The notes below the pieces were generated by a model, which had not been told where the DNA came from, made no database searches, and saw only the letters and a program-made list of their open reading frames with translations. A stretch of DNA of 46,491 nt from a candidate division WOR-3 bacterium (lineage in GTDB: Bacteria; SDB-A): the NCBI GenBank assembly GCA_016934535.1, contig JAFGSQ010000034.1, positions 1 through 46,491 on the forward strand. The letters are read 5' to 3'. Below, one piece after another: positions 1-10,297 of the stretch. A program made the translations under genes and the position numbers. How positions within the stretch are numbered: position 1 is the stretch's first letter; every line of letters starts with the position of its first letter.

Positions 1-257
1 ATCCAATTTTTGAATCGATGATTCAAAATATCGTCACACGAATTGACGCGAAAGTATGAAAGAAAAAGATAATCACCACGATTTGGATATCTGCAGGGGC
101 AGGAGAAGAAGTTGAAAATGGAATTACAGAAGATGAGTACAAAAGAAAATACTCTCTTTTTCATGAAAAATCATTTTTTATAGAAAAATAATAAAATTCT
201 TATTTAAAAAATATTAATTATATTATAAAATTCGATATCAAACATGGGAGGTGTGGT

Positions 258-1706
258 ATGTGGGGTTCTTTCAAAAAAGTCGCTTTTGTTGCCGTTTTGG
301 TGTTTGCCACGAATTGTCTTTTTTCTCAATTCATGCCGCGGATTTTTGACTATTCAATTACTGCTCCCTCAAGTCTTTTCGTTTACGACTTCAACAGGGA
401 CGGATTAAACGATGTCATCGGAACCTCATGGTCTCCGGGGCAAATTTTTTTGTGGACGAACGAAGGTGGAAATCCTCCAACATGGAGCAGAGAGGAAGTC
501 GCTTCAAATATTTCGGGAGCTTCTTTTGCCATGGCAGGTTTTATTGACGGGGATTCCTTGCCAGATATAGTTTCTTCGGGTTGGTACGCTAATGAAATCG
601 CATTTTTCAAGAATGACACTCTTTCGGGTTGGACAAAGCAAATTCTCAGTGACAGTTTTATTCAGGCTCACGAAGTATGGACTTATGATATAGATGCCGA
701 CGGAGACATGGACGTAATAGGCGCCAGCGCAGGTTCATCTGGGATAAGATGGTGGAGAAACGACGGAGGGAATCCGATATTATGGACAGAGCTGGCTTTC
801 GGCGGGAATATAGCGGGTGGAAGATCTGTTAATTGCGTCGATTTGGACGGGGATTCGGACTTGGACGTTATAGCATGCGGTGCGACGAGCAATACCATAT
901 TATGGTGGGAAAACAACGGACAAATCCCGGTTGGATGGACAGAGCATTCAGTCGAGAATAACTTCAGAGGCGCTCACATGGTAAGAACGGCAGACATGGA
1001 TCAGGACGGAAAACCTGATATTCTCGGAGCAGCTTTCACCGACAATCAAATAGCAGTTTGGTATAACACTATGGGAGATTCGATAGAGTGGGAAAAAGAG
1101 ATCATTCAGGGCGGGTTCTCAGCGGCTCTCGGTGTTAAACCTGAAAAACTCGACACAGACAGTTATCCTGACATTATAGGCACGGCATATTCATCGAGTG
1201 ATCTTGTGGTCTGGATTAAAACAATAATTCTTCCTGATACTTACTGGGAGGCTTATTACCTGGATTACAATCTGTCGGGTGCTTGGGCGTTGGCTACGGG
1301 TGATTTAAATCAAGACGGAATGCCTGATATAATTGCCGGAGCCAATACCGGGAATATGATTAAGTGGTATGAAAACGGATTCGGTACGGCAGTTGAAGAG
1401 CCGGTGGATGAAATTAAAACGGGAATTTATGGCTCAAATCCGATCCGAGCGAGTTGGATGCCTGAAACGATGAATGTCGTAATTGAATTATACTGCGAAA
1501 ATAATCTGTCATATCATGTTGAGATATACGACGTTTCAGGTGCATTGATTAAAGAGTTTCCGGATATGATGTTTCAGCGCGGCATTCATTCAATTTGCTG
1601 GGATTGTAAAAGTCCGGATTTTACCACTGTTTCGTCCGGAATTTATTTTGTGTCTTTGAAAACAAACCAGGGAATTTTTAACACCAGCGTAACTGTTATA
1701 AAATAA
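258..1706 (+). CDS. Secreted FG-GAP/VCBS-repeat (beta-propeller) protein with C-terminal FlgD Ig-like / T9SS-type sorting domain
   Basis: Signal peptide; repeated DxDxDGxxD motifs (DFNRDGLND, DIDADGDMD, DLDGDSDLD, DMDQDGKPD, DLNQDGMPD); C-terminal IYDVSG...WD...SSGIYF; RBS GGGAGG upstream. Confidence 0.85.
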   Translation: MWGSFKKVAFVAVLVFATNCLFSQFMPRIFDYSITAPSSLFVYDFNRDGLNDVIGTSWSPGQIFLWTNEGGNPPTWSREEVASNISGASFAMAGFIDGDSLPDIVSSGWYANEIAFFKNDTLSGWTKQILSDSFIQAHEVWTYDIDADGDMDVIGASAGSSGIRWWRNDGGNPILWTELAFGGNIAGGRSVNCVDLDGDSDLDVIACGATSNTILWWENNGQIPVGWTEHSVENNFRGAHMVRTADMDQDGKPDILGAAFTDNQIAVWYNTMGDSIEWEKEIIQGGFSAALGVKPEKLDTDSYPDIIGTAYSSSDLVVWIKTIILPDTYWEAYYLDYNLSGAWALATGDLNQDGMPDIIAGANTGNMIKWYENGFGTAVEEPVDEIKTGIYGSNPIRASWMPETMNVVIELYCENNLSYHVEIYDVSGALIKEFPDMMFQRGIHSICWDCKSPDFTTVSSGIYFVSLKTNQGIFNTSVTVIK

Positions 1707-1794
1707 TTGAAATAAAGTCTTTTTAAAAAAAGTAAATCCCAAAATAACAAATTATTGATATAATTTAACCGATTATCAATAATCTATATATAAG

Positions 1795-2493
1795 GTGTTT
1801 TGTAAAAAAATGAATAAATTCAATGATGAAAATGCTGAAGTGGAAGAAATAATCGGAACTTTTAGCAAACAGCAAAATCCGCGAACACTTTTGAGAAAAA
1901 CTCACGAGCATTATACGGCGGTTTTTGAGAATTTTCCTTTCGTCGCTTTCACGCTGGACAGAAAAGGAAGGTTTATTGAAAGCAATGAGTACACTGAAAA
2001 ATTGTTCGGAATAGATCCTGAGAAAGCGAGAGGAAAGGGTTTTTACGAACTCGGACTTCTAAATAAAAAAGAGATATTAAAAGGTCTTCGCGAATTTAAA
2101 AAAAACCTGGCCGGCAAGGTGACTTCAAAAACAGTTTATGAAATCAAAATCAAAGAAAAAAAACATTTCATAGAACTTGTCGGTATCCCCCTTTTGGAAA
2201 ACGGCATAGTGACTGAAGTACTCGATGTCGGTACTGATGTCACGCAACATACGAACATATTGAAAGAAAAAGAAAAACTTATAAAAGAACTTAAAAAAAC
2301 AGTCGAGAACATAGAAATTTTAAAAGGGCTTTTGCCTATATGCGCAGGTTGCAAGAAAATCAGAGACGACGACGGATATTGGCATCAGGTCGAGGATTTT
2401 TTGAAAGAACATTCCGATATTGAATTCAGTCATTCTCTCTGTCCTGATTGTCTGAAAAAACTTTATCCCGATTATCAGAAGGGCAAGAAATAA
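1795..2493 (+). CDS. PAS-domain protein with C-terminal CxxC...CxxC putative metal-binding domain (start could be ATG 1810)
   Basis: PAS-like segment VFENFPFVAFTLDRKGRFIESN...DVT, coiled coil, then LLPICAGCKKIRDDDGYW...FSHSLCPDC. Confidence 0.8.
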   Translation: MFCKKMNKFNDENAEVEEIIGTFSKQQNPRTLLRKTHEHYTAVFENFPFVAFTLDRKGRFIESNEYTEKLFGIDPEKARGKGFYELGLLNKKEILKGLREFKKNLAGKVTSKTVYEIKIKEKKHFIELVGIPLLENGIVTEVLDVGTDVTQHTNILKEKEKLIKELKKTVENIEILKGLLPICAGCKKIRDDDGYWHQVEDFLKEHSDIEFSHSLCPDCLKKLYPDYQKGKK

Positions 2494-2494
2494 G

Positions 2495-5400
2495 TCATTC
2501 CGAGAGAATTTCCCTGATCTTTTCCGAAAGATTGCCTTTGTTGAAGGGTTTTTGCAGGAAATGGATCCCCTCTTTGATTATTCCGTGGTCATCTATGATG
2601 TCCGCCGTGTAACCTGAAATAAAGAGGCATTTTGTTTCAGGGCGTATGGCGGATATTCTTTCCCAGAGTTCCTGGCCGCTCATATCTGGCATTACTACGT
2701 CGGAGATAAGCAGGTCAATTATCCCATCGTAAGTTTGGGCTATCTCGAGGGCCTGGAGGGGATTTATGGCTGAAAGTGATTTATATCCGCAAAGATTCAG
2801 GATTCTCAGGTTCAGATTCAGAAGTGATTCTTCATCTTCAACCAGCAGAATGGTTTTACCGGTCTGGTCGTACTTTCCCAAAGGCTCAGGTTTCGGTTTT
2901 ACTGTTTTCTGTGAATCATGTCTGGGCAGGTATATTTTTACATTTGTCCCTTTGCCGGGTTCGCTGTATATGTTTATAAAGCCGCTGTTTTGTTTCACTA
3001 TTCCGTAGATCATTGAAAGGCCAAGGCCGGTACCTTTACCCTTGGGTTTTGTTGTGAAAAACGGTTCGAAAAGATGTTCCTGGATTTCTTTGTCCATTCC
3101 GCAACCGTCATCGCTTATTGAAAGCATGACCTGTTTTCCCGGGTGAAAATCTTTGAACTCGTCTTCGTAACCGTCTTCGAACTCGCAATTGGCTGTCATG
3201 ATAGTAATGGTGCCTTTGCCGGTTATGGAGTCGCTTGAATTTATTACGAGATTCGCGACTATCTGGTCAATTTGGGCGGGATCTACTTTCAATCTCCAAA
3301 GATTTTCCGCGGGTTTCCAGACAAGATTTATGTTTTCGCCAATCAATCTTTTGAGCATGCTGAGCATATTGTAAATTATCTCATTTAAGTCCACTTCTTC
3401 CGGTTCCACTGTTTGTTTTCTCGCGAACGCGAGAAGCTGTCTGACCAGGTTGGTGGAATGTTCACTCGCTTTGAGAATCTCGCGAAGACTGTCCGTTGCA
3501 ATTTCGTTTTTGTCTGATTTAGCCAGCATCAGTTCCGCGTTGCCGGATATGACGGCGAGCATGTTGTTAAAATCATGAGCTATGCCGCCGGCCAACCTTC
3601 CTACAGCTTCCATTTTTTGTGCTTGAATGTATTTGGCTTCCGTTTCTTTTGTTTTTTCTATCGCTTCCTTCAGTTCTGTAATGTCTGAGGCTATCTCGTA
3701 TCTGACCATACTTCCGTCGTACCATTTGATAGCTTTATCCGTGCAATTATACCATCTCCCGTTTATATTGTTTTGGAATTGCCAAATGTATGACTTTCCG
3801 AGGTGTTCTCCGAAAATCATTTCATTCGTACAAAAAGGGCAGGGAGATTTATGGTTTTGAAAATATTCGTAGCACTTTTTCCCCTCGCAATCTCCGAAGA
3901 TTGTTTTCGCTGCTTTGTTTACAAAGAGAATCTCGTAAGTTCTCGGGTCACTGACGTAAATTGGCTGGTCAATACCGTCAAAAATTGATATCAACTGAGC
4001 CCTGGCGCTTTTTATCTCATTTTCAGCCTTTTTTCTTTCCGTAATATCGAGAAATGTAGCGATCGAGCCTATGACTTTGCCGTCAAAGTCCTTTAAAGGG
4101 GCGGCGTTAGTAATGAAAAATATCTTTTCGCCGTTTTTCTTTACAAGTTCTATGTCATATTGATCCGAAATTCCCGCGAGCCTTTTTTGAGTGTGTTGTC
4201 TGACTAATTCCTCGGTTTGTTCGCTGAGGAGAATTTCGAGTCCGTATTTTCCTATTAACTCCTCTTTTTCGTAACCGAGTTTCTTGCACAAAACCGGATT
4301 TATAAACTGAATGACATCGTCGTTGTCGGCAAAAAGCAAACCTTCCTGCATGCTTTCAACAAGCATTCTGTATTTCGATTCGCCTTCCTTGAGGCTCTTT
4401 GCCATCTTTTTCTGTTCGGATATGTCCAGACAAGTCGAAAGGGATCCAATTACTTCACCCCCCGGACCTCTCAGCGGAGCTGCATTCATCATAAAAGTGA
4501 TCTGTTCTCCGGACTTCTTTATCATGTTCAGTTCGTATCGCCCGGTCTTGCCCGACTGCCTTTCTTCGTTGTATTTTAAAACGCGTTCAATGTCTTGTTT
4601 GTTGAGAAGAAATTTGTTCCCGGTTTTGCCTGTCAGTTCGTCTTTTGAATATCCTGTCATTTCGCAGAATTTCGGATTTACGAAAAGGATCACGTCTTTG
4701 TTATCGACAGTTATTAGTCCTTCCTGCATCCCCTCAAGAATTGTTTTGAAATCTTCTTCCCGTTTGAGAAGTATTTTTTGAGCGTCGACGACCCTTTTCA
4801 AAAGGCCGGCTTGTTTGCTCTTGTAAATGAAGAATGAAACAACGCCGGCTAAAAATATGCACGTCAATGTAAAAAGCGCCCACACGAACGTCGTTTTATT
4901 GAGTTCGCTGAAAACTTCGCCCGTGTCGATTTTTGTCACGATGAACCATGGCGAGCCGTCTATTGGTCGGATATCTGCGAGCACTTCATTTCCTGAATAG
5001 TCACGCCCTATGAAGACAGCTTTTCTTCCGAGAATGGCTTGAACGGAAGGTATCCCGGACGAATCCAGAGGTAATTTCAAATTCAGCGGGTGTGTGTTAT
5101 CACGGCGCAGATGGTTTAGAAAAACCATTTCGTCGTTTTCTTTTCTGACGAGAAGCACTTCGCCTGTTCGGCTGGGGGTCGGCCACGCCTGAATGGAGGG
5201 ATACAGGTATTCTTCAGCGTTGTTACGAATTATTAATAAGCCAACCGGTGTGCCGTCAGATCCGAGGAAGGCGGCGACAGCGTCAAGATGCGTGCTGTCG
5301 TTTGCGCAAACGTATATATCAGACAGCACCGGCGTTTTTAACTCCAACGCGGTTTTGATCGTTTTTTTTGTTTCGTCGTTCAGTTCATGTAAGTCATCTG

Positions 5401-5815
5401 CAAAGTAAAACAGAATGACACCTGTTGTATCTACTATTAATACGTCTGTGTAGTCGAACACTTCTTTGACGATATTTAGCTGGTCAACAAGGTCATCGTT
5501 GTTTGGGGAATATTCTCCGGAATTCACAAAATCGCTGACGGCCTTCAAGAGAAAAGGACTTCTGACAAGTATTTCGACAATATAAATCTGCTGCTGCCGC
5601 CATTGCTTTATCTGAGAAGCCTTAAGCTCTCCAATGGCCGAAATCTCCCTGTGTTTTTCCCGGATCGTCTGGTCGCGTTCTTTTGTGTAGATAAAGAAAG
5701 AAAGTACTGCAATTGCCAGAGAAAATACCAGGAATATAATTAAACAGGAAAACTTGGAACCGCATATATTGAAATCACGAACCGATTCTGCGCGAGGATT
5801 GTCGTCTATATCCAA
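2495..5815 (-). CDS. Membrane hybrid sensor histidine kinase (periplasmic sensor, 3 PAS, HisKA, HATPase, receiver)
   Basis: Two TM helices; H-box [28 protein letters not shown]; receiver ILLVEDE...DVVMPDMSG...KPF. Confidence 0.93.
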   Translation of the reverse strand: MDIDDNPRAESVRDFNICGSKFSCLIIFLVFSLAIAVLSFFIYTKERDQTIREKHREISAIGELKASQIKQWRQQQIYIVEILVRSPFLLKAVSDFVNSGEYSPNNDDLVDQLNIVKEVFDYTDVLIVDTTGVILFYFADDLHELNDETKKTIKTALELKTPVLSDIYVCANDSTHLDAVAAFLGSDGTPVGLLIIRNNAEEYLYPSIQAWPTPSRTGEVLLVRKENDEMVFLNHLRRDNTHPLNLKLPLDSSGIPSVQAILGRKAVFIGRDYSGNEVLADIRPIDGSPWFIVTKIDTGEVFSELNKTTFVWALFTLTCIFLAGVVSFFIYKSKQAGLLKRVVDAQKILLKREEDFKTILEGMQEGLITVDNKDVILFVNPKFCEMTGYSKDELTGKTGNKFLLNKQDIERVLKYNEERQSGKTGRYELNMIKKSGEQITFMMNAAPLRGPGGEVIGSLSTCLDISEQKKMAKSLKEGESKYRMLVESMQEGLLFADNDDVIQFINPVLCKKLGYEKEELIGKYGLEILLSEQTEELVRQHTQKRLAGISDQYDIELVKKNGEKIFFITNAAPLKDFDGKVIGSIATFLDITERKKAENEIKSARAQLISIFDGIDQPIYVSDPRTYEILFVNKAAKTIFGDCEGKKCYEYFQNHKSPCPFCTNEMIFGEHLGKSYIWQFQNNINGRWYNCTDKAIKWYDGSMVRYEIASDITELKEAIEKTKETEAKYIQAQKMEAVGRLAGGIAHDFNNMLAVISGNAELMLAKSDKNEIATDSLREILKASEHSTNLVRQLLAFARKQTVEPEEVDLNEIIYNMLSMLKRLIGENINLVWKPAENLWRLKVDPAQIDQIVANLVINSSDSITGKGTITIMTANCEFEDGYEDEFKDFHPGKQVMLSISDDGCGMDKEIQEHLFEPFFTTKPKGKGTGLGLSMIYGIVKQNSGFINIYSEPGKGTNVKIYLPRHDSQKTVKPKPEPLGKYDQTGKTILLVEDEESLLNLNLRILNLCGYKSLSAINPLQALEIAQTYDGIIDLLISDVVMPDMSGQELWERISAIRPETKCLFISGYTADIIDDHGIIKEGIHFLQKPFNKGNLSEKIREILSE

Positions 5816-5940
5816 AAAAGGTCCTCACAAAACAAATCAAAACGGACATAAGATTTTAAAGACAATTATGTCCTCCCCGGAATAATGTGATCTAAATTAT
5901 TACATCGCCTCGCTGGATTTTTTGTCAAGTTCATATAAGG

Positions 5941-7194
5941 TTATTTCCTGTATTCCGGAGCCCAAATCAATTTAGGCTCTTCAAAAGTGGACTGCCACAG
6001 GTATTTTTCAATTTTTTCTTTAAGAGATTTGTCTATGGATTTTTTTACAGGATACAAAGGTGAATTGAGCGTTCTTTCGAGAAGGTTGAGTGAAGCGTCT
6101 AATGTTACCTGAAGACCCCTGCCGGAGACGTGTTTTACACTGTCTTTCGGCGTGTGTATGTGAAAAGAGGAAATTCCGCCTGATCTTGCCAGATTGACGG
6201 AAGGAATTTCGTATATCGAAAAAGGCATGCAGTCACTGCTGTATATTTCGAGGTTGCATTTAAAAAGGAGTCCCGCTTCTCTTGTAACCCCGTCGGCGTA
6301 ACCGAGCAGTTCCTTGGTGCCTATAACAAAATAGTAATTATCGCCTATGTCGTCTCCCGTTACGTCTATGTTGACAACGAGAGCCGCTTTTTCTTTCATC
6401 TCTTCTTCATGAGATTTGACGTAGCTGTAACTGCCGAGAAGGCCGAGTTCTTCGCCCGAGAACCATATTATTTTCAGGTCTCTGCCCGGTTGAGATTTTG
6501 AAAAGTGTTCCGCGATTTTCAACAGGGTCACAGTTCCCCCTCCGTTGTCAGTCGCTCCGGGAGAGCGCGAGACTGTGTCGTAATGACCCACGGCGTAAGT
6601 CAGATTGTCGTCCAGACCTTTTCCCTTTATGTGAGCAACTATGTTTTTCGCTTTTTTTGCTGAAACCTGTTGTTCTATTGTTATGTTTACGTGTTCACCT
6701 GAAAGCTTCGACAATTTTGTTCCCGTTTCAAAATCAACCATGAGTCCGGGTACGTATCCTTCCCTGTAATTTTTTTGTCTGTGGCTAAGGCTTCCGGCTT
6801 CTCTCAGGCAGGCGCCTATCAGTATGAAAGCTTTTACACCGCCTTTTTTAAATTCTTCGGAGAGAGATCTTGAGTAAGTGTTGGAGATGATGATTTTTCC
6901 TCTGAAGGCATTTTTTTTGACTCTTACTGTTTCAGCATTTTCAACAAAAACCAGTTCGCCTTCCAGAGAGCAGGATTCGTTGAGGCCGAAAGGATGGGCG
7001 TTGAAGGCAACGTTTCCCGTTTTAATTTCAGCTTTTCCTGTTTCAAATGAAGTCAGATCGAATTCCTCCAGTTCATAGGGAACGTCAAGAGATTCGAGAT
7101 ACCCGCAGATTGTTTTCCGTGCTTTTTCTTCGCCTGTGGTTCCGGCGATTCTTTCGAAATCGAGTTCTTTCAAAATCCTAAGTGCGTTAAGCAT
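5941..7194 (-). CDS. M28 family zinc aminopeptidase with PA-like insert
   Basis: GHYDT, GATDNGGG, SGEELGLLGS, NIDV, SSDC, HTPKD motifs. ATG 7194 preferred over 7275 because AAGGA lies upstream. Confidence 0.88.
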   Translation of the reverse strand: MLNALRILKELDFERIAGTTGEEKARKTICGYLESLDVPYELEEFDLTSFETGKAEIKTGNVAFNAHPFGLNESCSLEGELVFVENAETVRVKKNAFRGKIIISNTYSRSLSEEFKKGGVKAFILIGACLREAGSLSHRQKNYREGYVPGLMVDFETGTKLSKLSGEHVNITIEQQVSAKKAKNIVAHIKGKGLDDNLTYAVGHYDTVSRSPGATDNGGGTVTLLKIAEHFSKSQPGRDLKIIWFSGEELGLLGSYSYVKSHEEEMKEKAALVVNIDVTGDDIGDNYYFVIGTKELLGYADGVTREAGLLFKCNLEIYSSDCMPFSIYEIPSVNLARSGGISSFHIHTPKDSVKHVSGRGLQVTLDASLNLLERTLNSPLYPVKKSIDKSLKEKIEKYLWQSTFEEPKLIWAPEYRK

Positions 7195-7398
7195 AAAACT
7201 TTCCTTTGAAACCAGGTTATGAGATAAAATTCCATGTAAGATATATTTTACAGCATATTCTTTGAAATTGAACATTTTTCGGTTTGTTTACAAAACTTTC
7301 TGAGGGAGGTTCGAATCTGTTAACTCACCTTCGGTCATCTGGCGTTTACGCGAAGAAGAAAGGGGTAACGACCCACACGAAGTAAAATTCGAGTGTTT

Positions 7399-8334
7399 TT
7401 AAACTCGATTTTCGCTTGAGCCGCGGAAGAATCCGGCTGAGATCTTATAAAAAAATCTCGTGATGGCAGGGGAAAGCAGAATCCAGAATGCCAGGAATTC
7501 AAAAGCAATTTTGGAAAGAAAAAAAGACACAAGTATGAACGCGGAACTCTGAAAAAAAGTCATGACGCCCAAATTTCTTATGTCGAACTGGTCGTCGCTG
7601 AAAATTTTTTCACTGTATGAAAGCAGTGCATCTCTCGCGTCTTTGGAAAAAAGGGAATAAATAAAACTGTAATACAGTAATCCGAAACTCATGAGCACCT
7701 GTACGGCTATCATTCCCAAGACCGCCATTTTGTAAACAGGCACTTCGCTTTTTCCGACAGCAGTGGGCAGTGATTGAAAATCAAGACCGAGATAATTAAA
7801 ATAGCTGACTGCAAAAAATCCGTTGACCAGGATGTACCAGCCGTAAAAAATAAGTTTATATACATTGCGCAGTTTTTTTTTACTTAATAAAAGATACAAA
7901 GAAAGAAAACCGAACAGAAGACCCAGAATGACCGCGAAGACAAAACCGTAGCCGGTCAAAGAATGCCGCGTTTCAAAAAGCAGAAACAGGTAGCTTAGAG
8001 TTACGGAAATTATTACGGATTCGTTGATGATTTTTACGATCTCTTTCAAAAAAATTACCATGAATAAAAAAGCCAGAACAAAGCCGTAAGACATACCCTG
8101 TGTTATCAAAATGGATTTAATGTTGTTGAAAAGGACTTCACTGTTGATGCTGAGGATAGAATACAACATCATGAAGATCATGTAGGCTAACAATCCGAAA
8201 AAAGTTATAACCGACCATTTCGGAGGTTTTTTTCTAAGAAGGCTAAGGCACTGAAGCGACACTCCAGCAAGATATGCCAGAAGAGGGTTGAAGTCCCCTC
8301 TTCGAATCACTGTCAAAAATCCTTCGGGTATCAT
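7399..8334 (-). CDS. Hypothetical multi-pass membrane protein
   Basis: 311 aa ORF with many hydrophobic segments; no family recognised. Confidence 0.7.
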   Translation of the reverse strand: MIPEGFLTVIRRGDFNPLLAYLAGVSLQCLSLLRKKPPKWSVITFFGLLAYMIFMMLYSILSINSEVLFNNIKSILITQGMSYGFVLAFLFMVIFLKEIVKIINESVIISVTLSYLFLLFETRHSLTGYGFVFAVILGLLFGFLSLYLLLSKKKLRNVYKLIFYGWYILVNGFFAVSYFNYLGLDFQSLPTAVGKSEVPVYKMAVLGMIAVQVLMSFGLLYYSFIYSLFSKDARDALLSYSEKIFSDDQFDIRNLGVMTFFQSSAFILVSFFLSKIAFEFLAFWILLSPAITRFFYKISAGFFRGSSENRV

Positions 8335-8371
8335 TTCAAAATTGCTGAATTAGGAAAAAGGAATGTTTGTT

Positions 8372-9160
8372 TTACAGTATCAGCCTTCTTAAGGGATTAT
8401 CGTCTCCTATCAGGTCTTCTATTTCATTGTAAGGTATCTCTACTTCAGAAGGTCCCGCGACGTAAGGAGCGATTTCATATGAATTGAAAAGGAATAGAAG
8501 AGAGTTTTTCTGAACGGCGAAATTGGTGTTTAAACTGAATTTATCGTTGTCAAACCAGTAACCGGCTTCGTCGAGTGACCCCTCCGGATCGAGACCGTAT
8601 GTGTCCCTGAAAATAATCTCTGCTCTTTTATTGATTTCGACGATTTCATCCCTCGTGAAAATTTCTTCGAACCTGATGGGTTTGCCGGTTGAAAGATCGA
8701 AGTTCAAGAAATATGTCCATGAGTTGGGGTGAGCGCCTCCGGTATATTCATAATAATTGTAAGCCATGCTGAATATTCCGGATTTGTTCAATATCACTGA
8801 AACTTTCATTTGAGACTCCCAGGCGAACATGTCGGGGTATTCTGCTAAAGAGTTTGAGTATTGAGCCATAAATGTGTCTATCATGATTTGGTAGCCGAGT
8901 CCCTCGGGGTAGGTCATAGATTTTGTATAGTGGTTGATCGAATCCGCGGAGTTGTTAGGCGCTTTGGAAGCGTAAAAGCTGTCTATTTCAATGTATGCTC
9001 CGGAACCGCCGTCTATGCTTCTGACAATCGTGTGGATCGAATATTCGACGCTGTCGGCGCTGAGTTCGCTTCTTGAAACGTCAAATTTCAAACACGACGA
9101 GATCGCGGTTCCAAATATTGCAGTGAATAGTATAAGCGCAAGCGTGTTTTTAATTCTCAC
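8372..9160 (-). CDS. DUF3298/DUF4163 (RsiV/PdaC-like) lipoprotein
   Basis: Lipobox-like ISSC; YTGGAHPNS and FNSYEIAPYVAG motifs; GTGA overlap with upstream gene. Confidence 0.85.
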   Translation of the reverse strand: MRIKNTLALILFTAIFGTAISSCLKFDVSRSELSADSVEYSIHTIVRSIDGGSGAYIEIDSFYASKAPNNSADSINHYTKSMTYPEGLGYQIMIDTFMAQYSNSLAEYPDMFAWESQMKVSVILNKSGIFSMAYNYYEYTGGAHPNSWTYFLNFDLSTGKPIRFEEIFTRDEIVEINKRAEIIFRDTYGLDPEGSLDEAGYWFDNDKFSLNTNFAVQKNSLLFLFNSYEIAPYVAGPSEVEIPYNEIEDLIGDDNPLRRLIL

Positions 9161-10158
9161 CGTTCCCCCTTTTTTAGATTATTATCAAGCATGATTTCGG
9201 CTTCTTCGCAGACCCTGACTATATCAAGCGCGAATTCACCTGAACTTTTGGGCCGTTTTCTTTCGCGAACAGAATCGCAGAAATCATTCATTTCGAGGAG
9301 TAGAGGCTCCTCGCTGGATATGTAGGGAGAATATATGTCTCCGGTTCTGTAGCTCATCTGGTATTCTCCGTAGCTTTCCGGGTCTTTGAAGCTGACACCG
9401 TGGTCGTATATCTTGACTTTTTCGACATTGACAAGGTCGTTGTAGACCAGCATTTTTTTCGAACCTACCACGATAGTGTTTCTCAGCTTTGAAGGCGCTA
9501 ACCAGCCTATCTCAAGATTGACGCAGATTTTTTCAGGGTATCTCAGATGAATGAACGCGACGTCTGATATGCCTTTCAGAATATATGAGTTCCCGAATGA
9601 TCCAAGAACTTTTGGCGGGGTGTTGAGCCAGAATGAAAAAATCGAGATATCGTGCGGAGCGAGGTCCCATATGACACTCGTGTCTTTTTGGTGTTTGCCG
9701 AGGTTTACTCTCCGGGATGAGATGAAGTATATCTCTCCGAGTTCTCCTGATTCTATCAATTTTTTTATCATAAGAACCGGAGGACTGTATAGAAATGTGT
9801 GTCCGACCATCAGGACTCTCGATTTTTTTTCGGCAAGAGACACGAGTTCTTTCGCCTGGACATAGGAAGAAGTCAACGGTTTTTCTACGAAAACGTCTTT
9901 TCCGGCCGTAAGGGCTTCTTTAACATTTTCGTAGTGAGAAGAGACTGACGTCGCCACTATCACTGTGTCTATTTCGCTGTCGTCGAATATATCTCCCGGA
10001 TCTTTTAGAATTTTGACTCCGGGGTATTTCGTCGAGGCCTCAGAAAGTCTTTTATCGTCTTTGTCGCAGATATATTTCAGGTTTACTCCTTTTACGGAGC
10101 AGACGCTCCTGGCGAGATTGGGCCCCCAGTAACCGTAACCTATAAGAGCAGTGTTCAT
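9157..10158 (-). CDS. Gfo/Idh/MocA family oxidoreductase (nucleotide-sugar associated type)
   Basis: GYGYWG Rossmann motif, VEKP, WDLAPHD; RBS GAGGAG before ATG 10158. Confidence 0.9.
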   Translation of the reverse strand: MNTALIGYGYWGPNLARSVCSVKGVNLKYICDKDDKRLSEASTKYPGVKILKDPGDIFDDSEIDTVIVATSVSSHYENVKEALTAGKDVFVEKPLTSSYVQAKELVSLAEKKSRVLMVGHTFLYSPPVLMIKKLIESGELGEIYFISSRRVNLGKHQKDTSVIWDLAPHDISIFSFWLNTPPKVLGSFGNSYILKGISDVAFIHLRYPEKICVNLEIGWLAPSKLRNTIVVGSKKMLVYNDLVNVEKVKIYDHGVSFKDPESYGEYQMSYRTGDIYSPYISSEEPLLLEMNDFCDSVRERKRPKSSGEFALDIVRVCEEAEIMLDNNLKKGER

Positions 10159-10207
10159 TGATCTCCTCACAGAGTGAAATAATTTAATACTCAAAAGTCT
10201 CCGCAGT

Positions 10208-10237
10208 TTGACTCGGCGAAGGATTAGATAATATAAT
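10208..10237 (+). promoter_or_regulatory. Putative sigma70 promoter for the wbpB-like/glnA/yitT unit
   Basis: TTGACT-18 nt-TATAAT in the divergent intergenic region. Confidence 0.5.
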
Positions 10238-10297
10238 ATTTGTCCGGTGTTTTGGCAACAATCAACTGTAAATTAACGTGCTTACGAAAGGTCGCCA

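Noticed and set aside
7301..7330. GGTTCGAATC resembling a tRNA T-loop
   Set aside because: No T-stem closure, acceptor stem or cloverleaf around it
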